This document shows positions 9,662 to 19,783 of a stretch of 64,000 bases of DNA, in pieces. The stretch comes from Dehalococcoidia bacterium. GTDB lineage: Bacteria > Chloroflexota > Dehalococcoidia > UBA6926. The notes under the pieces were generated by a model that saw only the letters and a list, made by a program, of their open reading frames with translations, made no database searches and was not told where the DNA came from. Made by a program: the position numbers and the translations under genes. Location: NCBI GenBank assembly GCA_965204885.1, contig OZ242019.1, positions 924,696 to 988,695 of the forward strand. The letters are read 5' to 3'. Numbering within the stretch: position 1 is the first letter of the stretch; each line of letters begins with the position of its first letter.

Positions 9662-11034
9662 TAGTCGGGCTCCTCATCGTCGCGGTTGCGGCCGCGGAAG
9701 ATCAGGCGGATCGCAGTACCCTCGAATCCAAACCGTCGCCGAAGGACGTTCTCAAGATAGCGGCGGTAGGAGAAGTGCACGAGGGACGGATCATTGCAGA
9801 AGAAGACGAAGGTGGGCGGGTTCACCTCGGGCTGAGTGGCATAGTAGATCTGCAGCCGCCTGCGCCCGGAGGAGGGCGGCGGGTGACTGGCAAGCGCATC
9901 GAGGAGGGCGCGGTTCAACTGGGCCGTTGTGACACGCGTCATTCTCTCCATCTGGATGCGGGCGACGGCATCAAGGACCGCGCGTACGCCGCGGCCCCGC
10001 AGGGCAGACGTGAATAAGATTGGCATCGACGGAAAGAACTTCAGGCGGGCGCGGACGAGCATCTCGACCTCTTGCCGGTCGATTTCGTCCTCCTGCGCGA
10101 GATCCCACTTGTTGATGACAAGGGCGAGTCCCTTGTACGCCTGCTGCACGAATCCGGCGACGTGGAGATCCTGCGCAGTCAGATACTCCGTGGCGTCTAC
10201 GACCAGCACGGCAACGTCGGCGCGTTCGATGGCCTGCATGGCGCGCGCAACGCTGAACCGCTCCACGCCGCGCTCGATGTGGCCGCGGCGGCGCACGCCC
10301 GCGGTATCAATGAGCAGGTACTTGCGGTTTTCGTATTCAAAGAGGGTATCGAGTGCATCTCGCGTGGTGCCCGGCTCGTCCTGCACCATCGCGCGCTCCT
10401 GGCCGAGGATGGCGTTGACGAGAGACGACTTGCCGACATTGGGGCGGCCCACGATTGCGACCGGAATCGAGCCCTGCGGCGCGGGCGGCGGGTCCTCCAC
10501 GTTCGGCAGGGCTGCCATGATGCCGTCCCACAACTCGTTCAAGCCGCGCCCGTGATGGGCGCTGACGATAATAGGATCTCCGATGCCGAGTTCGTAGAAC
10601 TCCGCCGCGAGCCGTTCGCGCTGGATGTTGTCTGCCTTGTTGGCAATCAGCACGACGGGCTTGGAGACGCGGCGCAGCAGGTCGGCGACCTCCTCATCCG
10701 CGGGCAGAAGTCCCGCGCCGACATCAACAACGAAGAGCAGCACGTCCGCCTCGCCGAGGGCGACGGCAACCTGGTCGCGGATTGCGCCGATCATGCCTTG
10801 CTCGTCACCGAGGATGAGCCCTCCGGTATCGATGAGGGCAAGGGTGCGGTCATCACGAGTGACGTAGGCCGTGACGCGATCTCGCGTGGTGCCCGGTTCA
10901 TCGGCAACGATGGCGATTCGCTCGGCAACCATCCGGTTGAAGAGTGACGACTTTCCGACGTTGGGCCTGCCAACGATCGCAACCGTCGGCAGGCCGCGCG
11001 GTACTCCGGTGCGTGTTTCAACGAGGGCGGTCAT
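9661..11034 (-). CDS. der: Ribosome-associated GTPase Der (EngA) with tandem GTP-binding domains
   Basis: Two G-domains (GRPNVGKSSL appears twice, DTGG/DTAG, NKAD/NKWD) and a C-terminal KH-like domain. Confidence 0.9.
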   Translation of the reverse strand: MTALVETRTGVPRGLPTVAIVGRPNVGKSSLFNRMVAERIAIVADEPGTTRDRVTAYVTRDDRTLALIDTGGLILGDEQGMIGAIRDQVAVALGEADVLLFVVDVGAGLLPADEEVADLLRRVSKPVVLIANKADNIQRERLAAEFYELGIGDPIIVSAHHGRGLNELWDGIMAALPNVEDPPPAPQGSIPVAIVGRPNVGKSSLVNAILGQERAMVQDEPGTTRDALDTLFEYENRKYLLIDTAGVRRRGHIERGVERFSVARAMQAIERADVAVLVVDATEYLTAQDLHVAGFVQQAYKGLALVINKWDLAQEDEIDRQEVEMLVRARLKFFPSMPILFTSALRGRGVRAVLDAVARIQMERMTRVTTAQLNRALLDALASHPPPSSGRRRLQIYYATQPEVNPPTFVFFCNDPSLVHFSYRRYLENVLRRRFGFEGTAIRLIFRGRNRDDEEPD

Positions 11035-11043
11035 GACGTTTTC

Positions 11044-11991
11044 CTATGAAGCACCGGGGATCGCGCCGAGCAACGTGGCGATCAGCGCCGCCTGCGCGTG
11101 CATCCGATTCTCGGCCTGGTTGAAGACTATCGACTGCGGGTGCGTGAGCATCCCCTCGGAAATCTCCTCGCCCTCATGCGCGGGCAGATCGTGCATGAAC
11201 ACCGCCTTGGGGTCAGCGAGTTCCATGAGGTGTGGGGTGACCTGGTAGCCTCTGAAATCACGCGCGCGCTGCTCGCGTTCCGCCTCCTGCCCCATGCTAG
11301 CCCACACGTCCGTATAGACAACATCTGCGCCCTCAACGGCCTCTTCCGGCCTCAAGAGCAGTTGCGGAGCATGCCCTTCTTGTCCGGCAAGTCTCGTCGC
11401 TTGATTCACGATGTCGCCCGGCAGTTCATAGCCGGAAGGTGACGCGATGCGGAATTTCGCGCCGACAAGCGCACAGCCGAGGGCGAGACTGGCGGCGACG
11501 TTGTTGCCGTCGCCGATGAACGCAATCGTCAGGTCCTCCAGCGTTCCAAAATGCTCGTGCATCGCCTGTAGGTCGGCAAGTATCTGGCATGGATGCTCGA
11601 TGTCCGAGAGCGCGTTGATGACGGGCACATCGGCGGCGTTGGAAAGGTCAATCAGCGTTTGGTGGGAGTTGACGCGCGCAGCGATGACATCCGCATAACG
11701 GCTGAGGACACGCGCGACGTCTTCCGGCGGCTCACGTCCGCCGAGGCCGACTTCCTGTGGCAGCATGCTGAGGCTGTGGCCGCCCATCTTGCGCATCCCG
11801 AGCTCAAAGCTGACCCGTGTGCGCAGGGACGGCTTTTCCAGCAGCAGGACGAGGCTGCAACCGGTCAGGTTCGGCCGTAACTCACCCGCCCGGATAGCGA
11901 TGGCCGCATTCAGCACGGTACGTACCTCATCGGAGGAGAGGTCGGCTAGTGACAGGAAATGGCGGCGCGGGGGCGCTTCAGTGAGTGTCAT
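11044..11991 (-). CDS. argF: Ornithine carbamoyltransferase
   Basis: Carries STRTR (carbamoyl-phosphate binding), HPCQ and the HCLP-equivalent FMHDLPAHEGEE motifs. Confidence 0.9.
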   Translation of the reverse strand: MTLTEAPPRRHFLSLADLSSDEVRTVLNAAIAIRAGELRPNLTGCSLVLLLEKPSLRTRVSFELGMRKMGGHSLSMLPQEVGLGGREPPEDVARVLSRYADVIAARVNSHQTLIDLSNAADVPVINALSDIEHPCQILADLQAMHEHFGTLEDLTIAFIGDGNNVAASLALGCALVGAKFRIASPSGYELPGDIVNQATRLAGQEGHAPQLLLRPEEAVEGADVVYTDVWASMGQEAEREQRARDFRGYQVTPHLMELADPKAVFMHDLPAHEGEEISEGMLTHPQSIVFNQAENRMHAQAALIATLLGAIPGAS

Positions 11992-12124
11992 GGTCTGTTA
12001 ATTCTACCCCCCAGCCACCAGAAGGCTATGTGTCCTCGCCTAACCCGCCCCGTGCATGAACCGTTCAGTGTTCGTATGCTTGAATTCGGCACTCGATGCA
12101 AGAACACAAGGAACATACAATCCC

Positions 12125-12916
12125 ATGCACAAGCACAGCCTTCTATCCACGCGATTTCTGCCGTTGATTGGAATGGTGGCGCTGGCGCTGGCCCTACTGG
12201 CCGCCGCCTGCGGCACCGCCAACGAGCCGGATGACGGCGACGCCGAAACAGTCGATAGTCCGACACCAACATCCACTGCGACCGCCGTCCCAACAGTCTC
12301 TGCACCTGACCCTACGCCGACGGCAGTAGAGGAGGTCGTCACCCCGGAGAGTGAGCGCACGGTGGACGTCGATACACCGCCCGGCGGCTTCTCGGCGATA
12401 CTGCAGGAGGGTACCCTTGCGCGCTACCTGATCCGTGAGGAACTGGCGAGCGTCGAGCTCCCGTTTGACGCCATCGGTGAGACATCTGACGTGTCAGGCG
12501 CGTTCACGTTCACGGCGGACGGCGAGATTGCGCCGGAGAGTTCACGCATCGTGCTGAACGCGGCGAGCCTGCGCAGCGACGAGGAGAATCGCGACCGCTA
12601 CCTGAGACGAAACGGCATCCAGACGGCAACCTATCCTGAAATCGTCTTTGTGGCCACGGGCATCGACGGGCTTGCATGGCCGCTGCCCGCGTCCGGCGAG
12701 GTTGAGTTCACGATCAATGGCGATCTGACGGTGCGCGATGTCACGCGGCCGGTGGCGTGGCAAACGGTCGCTACATTTGACGGGAATAGCGTGACGGGCA
12801 CGGCGAAGACGAATTTCACGTTCGGCGAGTTTGAAATGGAGGTTCCGGACCTCTTCTTCATCGTCAGCCTGGAGGACAACATCCGCCTGGAGCTGGACTT
12901 CGTGGCGGCATGGTAG
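12125..12916 (+). CDS. YceI-like lipoprotein
   Basis: Lipoprotein signal peptide (LALLAAACG), a Pro/Thr-rich linker and a YceI-like beta-barrel domain (TGTAKTNFTFGEFEM). Start set at ATG 12125. Confidence 0.7.
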   Translation: MHKHSLLSTRFLPLIGMVALALALLAAACGTANEPDDGDAETVDSPTPTSTATAVPTVSAPDPTPTAVEEVVTPESERTVDVDTPPGGFSAILQEGTLARYLIREELASVELPFDAIGETSDVSGAFTFTADGEIAPESSRIVLNAASLRSDEENRDRYLRRNGIQTATYPEIVFVATGIDGLAWPLPASGEVEFTINGDLTVRDVTRPVAWQTVATFDGNSVTGTAKTNFTFGEFEMEVPDLFFIVSLEDNIRLELDFVAAW

Positions 12917-12988
12917 CCAGTTAGAAAGCCCGCACCGTTCCTTTCCTACCCCCTACAATCTAGTGAGACGAGGGGGTGATTAGGCGCG

Positions 12989-13864
12989 ATGGCGTTGGAG
13001 TTGATCAGGACGATTGAGGAGTTTCGGCGTGTGCGCGAAGAGGCGCGCGCGGCGGGGTCTCTCGGTTTTGTGCCGACGATGGGCTATCTGCACGAGGGGC
13101 ATATATCGCTCGTGAGGATGGCTCGTGCAGAGAACGCCGTGGTTGCGGCGTCCATCTTCGTGAATCCTGCTCAATTCGGACCCACTGAGGATCTGGCCGC
13201 CTACCCGCGTGATCTTGAGCGAGACATGGCCATGCTTGAGGCGGCCAGCTGCGATCTGCTCTTCCACCCATCGCCGGAGGAGATATATCCGCCGCCGGAG
13301 CAGGATGTCTACGTTGTACCGGGCGAGATTGCCTCCCGCCTCGAGGGCGCTGCCCGCCCCATCCATTTCCGTGGTGTCGCAACGGTTGTGCTCAAGCTGT
13401 TCAACATCGTGCAGCCGGATCGGTCGTATCTCGGGCAGAAGGATGGCCAGCAGGTCGCCGTCGTGCGCCGCATGATGCGTGATCTCAACGTGCCCGGAGA
13501 ACTGGTTGTTGGGCCGACGGTGCGGGAGCCGGACGGTCTCGCCATGTCCAGCCGCAACACGTACCTGACCACGCCGGAGCGGAAGGCTGCCGCTGTCGTG
13601 TACCGGGCGCTGTGTGCGGCGAGAGACCTGTACCGCTCCGGCGAGGCGCAGGCAGATGTGCTGCGGGACGCGATACGTACGACGCTCGAATCAGAGCCGC
13701 TCGTCGCGTCCATTGACTATGTGTCCGTTGCAGACCCGTTGACGATGGCCGAGGCGGATGGCGACGTGGCCGAGGGCGCGATGGCATCGACGGCCATCCG
13801 TATCGGCAGGACGCGGCTGCTGGACAATGTGATTCTTACGAAATCGGAAAGCGGCGACGCATGA
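12989..13864 (+). CDS. panC: Pantoate--beta-alanine ligase
   Basis: Motifs PTMGYLHEGH, VASIFVNPAQF and YLGQKDGQQ are diagnostic of PanC. Confidence 0.9.
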   Translation: MALELIRTIEEFRRVREEARAAGSLGFVPTMGYLHEGHISLVRMARAENAVVAASIFVNPAQFGPTEDLAAYPRDLERDMAMLEAASCDLLFHPSPEEIYPPPEQDVYVVPGEIASRLEGAARPIHFRGVATVVLKLFNIVQPDRSYLGQKDGQQVAVVRRMMRDLNVPGELVVGPTVREPDGLAMSSRNTYLTTPERKAAAVVYRALCAARDLYRSGEAQADVLRDAIRTTLESEPLVASIDYVSVADPLTMAEADGDVAEGAMASTAIRIGRTRLLDNVILTKSESGDA

Positions 13865-14667
13865 GAGCGCCCATGGACTGGGATGACCTCCATCGTGAGG
13901 CCGGGGCGCTGCGAGACGAACGGTCGGGGACGGCATCCAGCCTGGCAGCGAGCGGCGCGCAACTATTGCACCGCGCGTTATCGGAGATGTACATCGGCGA
14001 GCCGGAGCCACTGCGTGAGATTGCATTCACAATCGCAGAGGCACGGCCGGAGGTCGTGGCGATACGCAACGTGGGGGTGTCGGCCTACCGCACGGCCAGG
14101 GAGGCGCGGACGGGGGATCGCATGGCGGCGGCGGCACGGAGCGTTGCGCGGCTGGCTCGGCTGCTGGGCGACACTCCTGCATCACTCGCGAGGCGTGGAC
14201 AGCCACTATTACCGGAGAGCGCTACGGTCGTCACGATGGGACGCTCAAAGAGCGTCCGCGCAGCCATAATGCTGGCCGGAGACCGCATTGTTGAGACACG
14301 GGAGTCCACGCCGGCTTCGGCGGACAGTCAGACCGTTCTCGACGGCGCAGACATTGTGTTATTGGGCTGCACCGCGTTCCTGGCCGACGGCTCGATGGCG
14401 GCGGACCCGGGAACGCTGGCGCTTGTGGAGGCCGCGGCGCATCATAATCCTGTCGTTCCGGTCCACTTCTTCGCTGACACGCTCAAGCTGGCGCCGTGGC
14501 TGCCCGCGCGTAGCAACGGCCAAGCCCCTCTTGAACTGGATATCATCCCGCCCAAGTACGTCGACCACGTCATCACAGAGGACGGAATCCGACGCCCTGG
14601 GCAGCTGCTTCAAGCCGCCGCAGATCTCGCGGTATGGTGGCGGATGCTGGAAACGCCGGAGGAGTGA
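13861..14667 (+). CDS. eIF-2B alpha/beta/delta-like (IF-2B fold) family protein of uncertain function
   Basis: 268 aa, with GADIVLLGCTAFLADGSMAADPGTLALVEAAAHHNPVVPV resembling the IF-2B/MtnA family C-terminal fold. Shorter than MtnA. Its start overlaps the panC stop by 4 bp. Confidence 0.4.
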   Translation: MRAPMDWDDLHREAGALRDERSGTASSLAASGAQLLHRALSEMYIGEPEPLREIAFTIAEARPEVVAIRNVGVSAYRTAREARTGDRMAAAARSVARLARLLGDTPASLARRGQPLLPESATVVTMGRSKSVRAAIMLAGDRIVETRESTPASADSQTVLDGADIVLLGCTAFLADGSMAADPGTLALVEAAAHHNPVVPVHFFADTLKLAPWLPARSNGQAPLELDIIPPKYVDHVITEDGIRRPGQLLQAAADLAVWWRMLETPEE

Positions 14668-14678
14668 GGGTGCCGCGC

Positions 14679-17600
14679 TTATAGCGTCAAACGTGAATAC
14701 AGCTGCGGCAGGCGTTTGGGGAGGAGCTCGATGTCCGCGAGGACTTCATACGGCAGGTCCCCGCACATCTCCTTCATGTAGTCGTGGCCGGCGCGGTCAA
14801 CGGTGAGCAGGAATGGGATGATGCCCTTGGCCTTGGCCTGCACGAGCGCATCGTGAGTATCGTGGACGGCGTATTCCTTCTCCGCGCCCTCACGGCTGTA
14901 GCCGCGATCCTGCGGACGGCCGTCCGAGATCAGGAAAAGCACTTTGGTCTTGGCACTCACATCGTCCAGCTTGGCGGTCGCGTGGCGGATGGCAGGGCCC
15001 ATGCGCGTTGCGTGCAGAGGCGTAATGCCGTCGATGCGCTTGGCGACGCGGTCTGAGAACTGCTCCTCAAGTCCCTTCACGCTGTAGAACTCCACGTTCT
15101 CGCGGCCATAGCCGGAGAAGCCGTAGATGCCGTACTGATCGCCGATGGTCTCCAGAGCGCGAATCAGCAGGACTGTTGACTCTTTTTCGAGGTCGATGAT
15201 GCGGAGGTAGGAGCGCTTCTGCTGTTCGCGGCGAGACCGCAGCCAGAAGAGGTATTGGCGGGGATCGTCCGGGATATCCTCGTCGTCATCGTCGAAATCA
15301 GAACGCTCTTCGATGGCTTCGGCGGTGGATGCGCTCATGTCAAGCAGGAAGATGACGGCAACATCACGTTCCGTCTTATTGCGACGCCAGTAGACCTTGT
15401 CGTCCGGCGTGGCGCCGGCGCGCCTCTGTACGATGGCATCGATGACGGCATCGAGGTCGAACTCTTCGCCGTCCGTCAGGCGCTTCTCCTTGCGGTACGT
15501 CTCCGGCACCATCATCTCGAACTGCCGCCGCACCTCGTTGATGAGACCGGCGTGGCGCTCAATGGTCTGCTCATAGAACTCCGCAGAGCCCTCCTGCATG
15601 GTGGACTCGCGAACACGGCACCACGCGGGCTTGTAATCGAGCGCCACAAAGTCCCACTCATCGTAAAGGGCGGTTTGCTCCTGCTCTTCCAGCGATTCTT
15701 CGCTCTCATCGCCGTCACCGCCACCGCTCCCCACCTCGCCCATCTCGTCATTGAACTCGGCGTCAGGGCCCTCGATGGCCTCGCTCATCAGGCTTGAGAT
15801 AAACAGGCCGCTGGGATCATCGATATCACCTTCAACGACGCTGGAGAGGTCGATTTCCGCGCTCTTCTCAAGAAGCTGGCGGACCATCTCTTCCGTAAGA
15901 GGCGGGGCTTGCACGCTGTCCTCGGCGCGCTGCTGCCCCTTGCGGAGGTTGGCGAGCGTCTGTACAAGCTCCGGCTTGAAGTCGCCGCGATAGTCCACGT
16001 CCTCCGGCGATTGATACGGCACATCCTGTTCGGTTCCTGAGCCGGGCACAAACTCCTCGCCGCCCATCTGGGCGCTGTCGGCCTCCTGCAGGCCCTGCGC
16101 GGCCTCGCCGCCAAGTTCATCGAGTTCCATCTCGTCCCAATCGAGATCGGGCTGCGGCATGGTGTTCGGCACATTGATCAACAGGCGATAGAGAATCACC
16201 GTCGCCTCGGCGGAGTCCTCCACCGTCGCCTCGTCATGGCGCAAGCGGAACAGGATGACGGCCATGCGCTCAACCACGTCGCGCAGGTTTTGCGGGATGG
16301 GAATCTTCTTGTCGCCTTCGAGCAGGGTCATGCGGATGAGCAGCTCGACAAGAGCCATGCGGAGCGGAAGCTGCTGCGGAGCCGGGCGGCCAATCACGGC
16401 GGTGGCCTGCACCATGCTGTAAGCGCGGCGCAGACCGCGGTAATGCAGTCTGACGAGGTGATCGACTCGGGCATCCTCAAGCGCGCCGAATAGGTCAGAT
16501 GCGAGACGACGCTCCGGGAACAGGTCAAAGAAACGCTCATAGTCCGAGAGGACGGCCGTGGTGACGCCGGTCATCTCCGGGTTGGGCGCCGCAGCGACGG
16601 TTTCACGCGGCGTTCCGTTGGCGTTCTGCTCCGCGATTCGCTCGGCGAGCGCCGGGCGTGTGAGCGGGAAGATATTGCCCGCCCGGTTGAAGGCGAAGGT
16701 AAAGCTGTCGAACTCAAGATGGCCGGTTTGATGGGTGCAAAGAACCTTGAACCAACCGAAGTTGTCGTCTTTCGTCTCAAAGAGCGCGATTTCCGGCGGG
16801 AGGAAGACGTTGGTGCCGTCCGTGGATGCGCGGTCTTCCGTGGCCCAGCCGATGCTGCGGTTTGCGAGTTCCGGAGTGGGACGCAGCTGCATGTCGCCGC
16901 CGGTGAGGCCGCGCGCATACATCTGCAGGATGGGGGCGACATCATCAAGGCTGACGGTTGCCGAAAGTTCCTGGAGAAGGGTCTCCCCACGGGCAGATTC
17001 GAGCCTGAAGAAGGCGATGCCGGCGGCCTCGTTCCGCTCAAGCATCGTGACACCCTCGGAGAACCAGCGGTTGAGGTTCTCCGGGTCGATACGCTCAAGG
17101 ACTTGCGGGGCAGCGCGGAGAAACTCGACTGCGGCCTCCTCGGATAGCCCACACAGCACCTCGAAGTCATCCAGCGCCTGCCGGTGCATGTGGAGGGGGA
17201 GATCGCTGACGGCCCGGGAGCCTTCGGCTAAGAATGACAGGTAGCGCTTGCCCCCATCGCCGGACAGGTTGATGGCAAACGTCAGGAAGCGCTGCCGTTC
17301 GGATCGGGCAATGCGGGGCAGTGCGACAGCGGCAGCGCGCTGGGTTTCCTTGGCGTACTTCCAGTTGCGGTTGGCCGTCTCGTCAAGCAGCTCCAGGTAC
17401 GTGTCAATCGTCTCGTCATCCACGTACGGCAAGGAATCCGGCGCCATCGTCAGACATTCTTCGGCTAGTTCGCTGGAGTGCTGCGCGACATGGTCAAGGA
17501 AGTTCGCAAATGTGGCGAGGTCACTGAGCCGCACGTGATCCAGGAGCGCAGGGCTCACCTCAAAGAACCGGGCGGCCAACGCGCCGGATTTCCACGTCCC

Positions 17601-18020
17601 ATGGAACAGTGTTTCAGCGGCTGCGATCCACGCGGGCAGGCGGGCAACATCACGGCGCTCAAGGAAGCCCGCGCTGGCGCGGAAGAAGGATGAGGCAAGC
17701 GCGGCGGAATGTGCAGATAACGCCCGACCGCTCTCGTACCAGGACCTGGCTTCCTGTGGCCTCTCAAGGGCGTCAAGAACGGCGGGAGATGAGCGGACGT
17801 ACTCCGCAGCGGCCTCCCATGCACGGAACGAGGCCCCCGCGATACCCAGAGCCGCTGACAGCCACTGGTCGTAATGCTCTTCACTGCCGAGGCGATGCTC
17901 GACGTGGTCGGTCGCGCCGTGGTAGGCCTGCCCCACTGCGGCAGGCAGGGCGAGCAATTGTGCAACCAGTTCATCACGCGTTGGTGATGCGTCGCCTGTT
18001 CCGCCGTGTTCCGATGTCAT
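14679..18020 (-). CDS. Very large (1113 aa) NorD/CbbO-like protein with a C-terminal von Willebrand factor A domain
   Basis: C-terminal VWA domain with MIDAS motif DMSAST...SGYG...TPLH...ISDGRPQD. Long helical N-terminal region with a conserved-looking HQTGHLEF segment and acidic low-complexity stretches. Lies immediately downstream of the CbbQ-type ATPase gene. Confidence 0.75.
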   Translation of the reverse strand: MTSEHGGTGDASPTRDELVAQLLALPAAVGQAYHGATDHVEHRLGSEEHYDQWLSAALGIAGASFRAWEAAAEYVRSSPAVLDALERPQEARSWYESGRALSAHSAALASSFFRASAGFLERRDVARLPAWIAAAETLFHGTWKSGALAARFFEVSPALLDHVRLSDLATFANFLDHVAQHSSELAEECLTMAPDSLPYVDDETIDTYLELLDETANRNWKYAKETQRAAAVALPRIARSERQRFLTFAINLSGDGGKRYLSFLAEGSRAVSDLPLHMHRQALDDFEVLCGLSEEAAVEFLRAAPQVLERIDPENLNRWFSEGVTMLERNEAAGIAFFRLESARGETLLQELSATVSLDDVAPILQMYARGLTGGDMQLRPTPELANRSIGWATEDRASTDGTNVFLPPEIALFETKDDNFGWFKVLCTHQTGHLEFDSFTFAFNRAGNIFPLTRPALAERIAEQNANGTPRETVAAAPNPEMTGVTTAVLSDYERFFDLFPERRLASDLFGALEDARVDHLVRLHYRGLRRAYSMVQATAVIGRPAPQQLPLRMALVELLIRMTLLEGDKKIPIPQNLRDVVERMAVILFRLRHDEATVEDSAEATVILYRLLINVPNTMPQPDLDWDEMELDELGGEAAQGLQEADSAQMGGEEFVPGSGTEQDVPYQSPEDVDYRGDFKPELVQTLANLRKGQQRAEDSVQAPPLTEEMVRQLLEKSAEIDLSSVVEGDIDDPSGLFISSLMSEAIEGPDAEFNDEMGEVGSGGGDGDESEESLEEQEQTALYDEWDFVALDYKPAWCRVRESTMQEGSAEFYEQTIERHAGLINEVRRQFEMMVPETYRKEKRLTDGEEFDLDAVIDAIVQRRAGATPDDKVYWRRNKTERDVAVIFLLDMSASTAEAIEERSDFDDDDEDIPDDPRQYLFWLRSRREQQKRSYLRIIDLEKESTVLLIRALETIGDQYGIYGFSGYGRENVEFYSVKGLEEQFSDRVAKRIDGITPLHATRMGPAIRHATAKLDDVSAKTKVLFLISDGRPQDRGYSREGAEKEYAVHDTHDALVQAKAKGIIPFLLTVDRAGHDYMKEMCGDLPYEVLADIELLPKRLPQLYSRLTL

Positions 18021-18076
18021 TCGCTCTTGGGTTTATCGCGAAGGCACAGCCGCATACACGCGGCGAGGCCATCGTC

Positions 18077-18976
18077 CTATTCAAAGATGCTTGTCGTTAT
18101 CTCCCGAATGCTGCGCTGTACGGAGGGATCATCGGTGAGCGCGTCCGAAATGGCCACGTCACACGCCCGGCGGGGAGGCACACCCCGGGCAATCAGTTTG
18201 CCGGCGTAGATCAGCAGGCGGGTCGAGACGCCCTCCTGCAGCCCGTGCTCCTTGAGGTTGCGGACCTTCTCCCCAAGGCGGGCAAGCAGGTCGGCGGAAT
18301 CCTCATCGACGCCGCTTTCCTGTAGGACAATCCTCGCCTCATACTCCCGCGGCGGATAGTCGAACTCCATCGCCACAAACCGCTGCCGTGTGGACTGCTT
18401 GAGGTCCTTGAGGGCGCTCTGGTAGCCGGGGTTGTATGAGATGACCAGCAGGAAGCCGTCCGCGGCCTCCAGGATCTGGCCGCGCTTCTCAACGGGGAGC
18501 AGACGACGGTGATCCGTCAGCGGGTGGATGAGGACGGTGGTGTCCTTGCGGGCCTCGACCACCTCATCGAGGTAGCAGATCGCGCCGGTCTTGACAGCAC
18601 GGGTCAACGGGCCGTCAACCCACTTGGTCTCTTCGCCCTCGAGCAGGAACCGGCCAACGAGATCGCTGGCGGTCAGGTCCTCATGGGCAGCGATGGTGAC
18701 GAGCGCCTTGCCGTGAGAGTTCTCCTTGCCGTCAGGCCGCATGGTCGTAATGGGGCGTCCAAGCCGCCACGCCATGTATTCCACAAAGCGCGTCTTGCCG
18801 CAGCCCGTTGGGCCCTTGAGGATGACGGGTATTTTCTCTTCGTAGGCTGCCGTGAACACTTCTACCTCGTCCCTGATGGGCAGGTAGTAGGGTTCGCTGT
18901 CGATTGTGTATTCCTCGATCTCGTACTCGGAGTACGACATCACGGTGGCGTCTTTGAGCATTGTCTGTTCGGTCAT
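18077..18976 (-). CDS. CbbQ/NirQ/NorQ/GvpN-family MoxR-like AAA+ ATPase
   Basis: Walker [16 protein letters not shown], Walker [12 protein letters not shown] and the ~300-aa length typical of CbbQ/NorQ. Confidence 0.85.
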   Translation of the reverse strand: MTEQTMLKDATVMSYSEYEIEEYTIDSEPYYLPIRDEVEVFTAAYEEKIPVILKGPTGCGKTRFVEYMAWRLGRPITTMRPDGKENSHGKALVTIAAHEDLTASDLVGRFLLEGEETKWVDGPLTRAVKTGAICYLDEVVEARKDTTVLIHPLTDHRRLLPVEKRGQILEAADGFLLVISYNPGYQSALKDLKQSTRQRFVAMEFDYPPREYEARIVLQESGVDEDSADLLARLGEKVRNLKEHGLQEGVSTRLLIYAGKLIARGVPPRRACDVAISDALTDDPSVQRSIREITTSIFE

Positions 18977-19018
18977 TCCAATCCCTTTGAGCGGTTTCGA
19001 TTCATATAAGAGGACAGC

Positions 19019-19627
19019 CTACAGGAACGGGCGGATGCGAGCGTGCCAGAGCTCGCCGACGCGGACTCGCAATTCCTCAATGGTCCCGGTGTTCTGGAGA
19101 AGCACATCGGCGTAGTCCTCGCGCTCCTCATTGGAGAGCTGCGCGTTGATTCGCTGCCGCGCCTGCTCCTCGGTCAGTCCATTGCGGGACTGCAATCGCG
19201 CGATGGTCTCCTCTTCACTCGATTGTGCGACCCACAGCTCATCACAGAGGTCGGTCCAGCCGGCCTCAATCATGATGGCGGCCTCAAGAACGGCAATCTT
19301 CACGCCGCTCTCGCGCAAGTCCGCGATGGTCTTCTCGGCTAACGCGCGGATCCTCGGCCAGGTAATCTCGTTGAGCGCCTTGAGTTCCTCGGGGTCAGCA
19401 AAGACAATCGCGCCGAGCTTGCGGCGGTCAATCTCCCGCGTCTCAGGATTCATCAGGTCGTCCCCCCACCGGGCCAGGATGTCCTTCCACGCGTCCGTGT
19501 CCGGCAGATACGCCTGGTGTCCCAACTCATCGCCGCTGATGACAGTGGCTTCGTACTCATCGCGGAGCACCTCGCTCACGAGGCTCTTGCCGCTCGCGAT
19601 ACCCCCCGTCAGGCCAATGACCTGCAT
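19019..19627 (-). CDS. coaE: Dephospho-CoA kinase
   Basis: Starts MQVIGLTGGIASGKS (P-loop) and has the typical CoaE length and lid region. Confidence 0.9.
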   Translation of the reverse strand: MQVIGLTGGIASGKSLVSEVLRDEYEATVISGDELGHQAYLPDTDAWKDILARWGDDLMNPETREIDRRKLGAIVFADPEELKALNEITWPRIRALAEKTIADLRESGVKIAVLEAAIMIEAGWTDLCDELWVAQSSEEETIARLQSRNGLTEEQARQRINAQLSNEEREDYADVLLQNTGTIEELRVRVGELWHARIRPFL

Positions 19628-19783
19628 TCCTTTACCCCCTCACCGTTCGGCCAATGCCCGAACCAATGGTTGTATGGCCACGCATTTCACACGCGCACCC
19701 GAACTAGTAGTATACGGCACGACTCCCGCCCCACGCATAGGGGCATCAAGCCCCTCTTGCGCGCCCATAGGGGATAATCAGGT

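Noticed and set aside
10072-10947. 291-aa + strand ORF, plus 9929-10555 and other ORFs inside der
   Set aside because: They lie antisense to the der GTPase gene and have no recognisable motifs.
11992-12124. ArgR box upstream of argF
   Set aside because: Only a half-site-like TGAATTC is present, inside TGCTTGAATTCGGC. There is no paired 18-bp ARG-box palindrome.
16571-17244. Several 140-200-aa ORFs on both strands inside the VWA gene
   Set aside because: They are internal to the 1113-aa ORF, which has coherent VWA motifs, and their sequence is low-complexity.
19628-19783. Repeated CCATAGGGG / CATAGGGGC motifs in the coaE-selA divergent spacer
   Set aside because: There are only two short copies and no convincing promoter hexamers. 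They may be a small hairpin (GGGG...CCCC), which is not enough to call a regulatory site.
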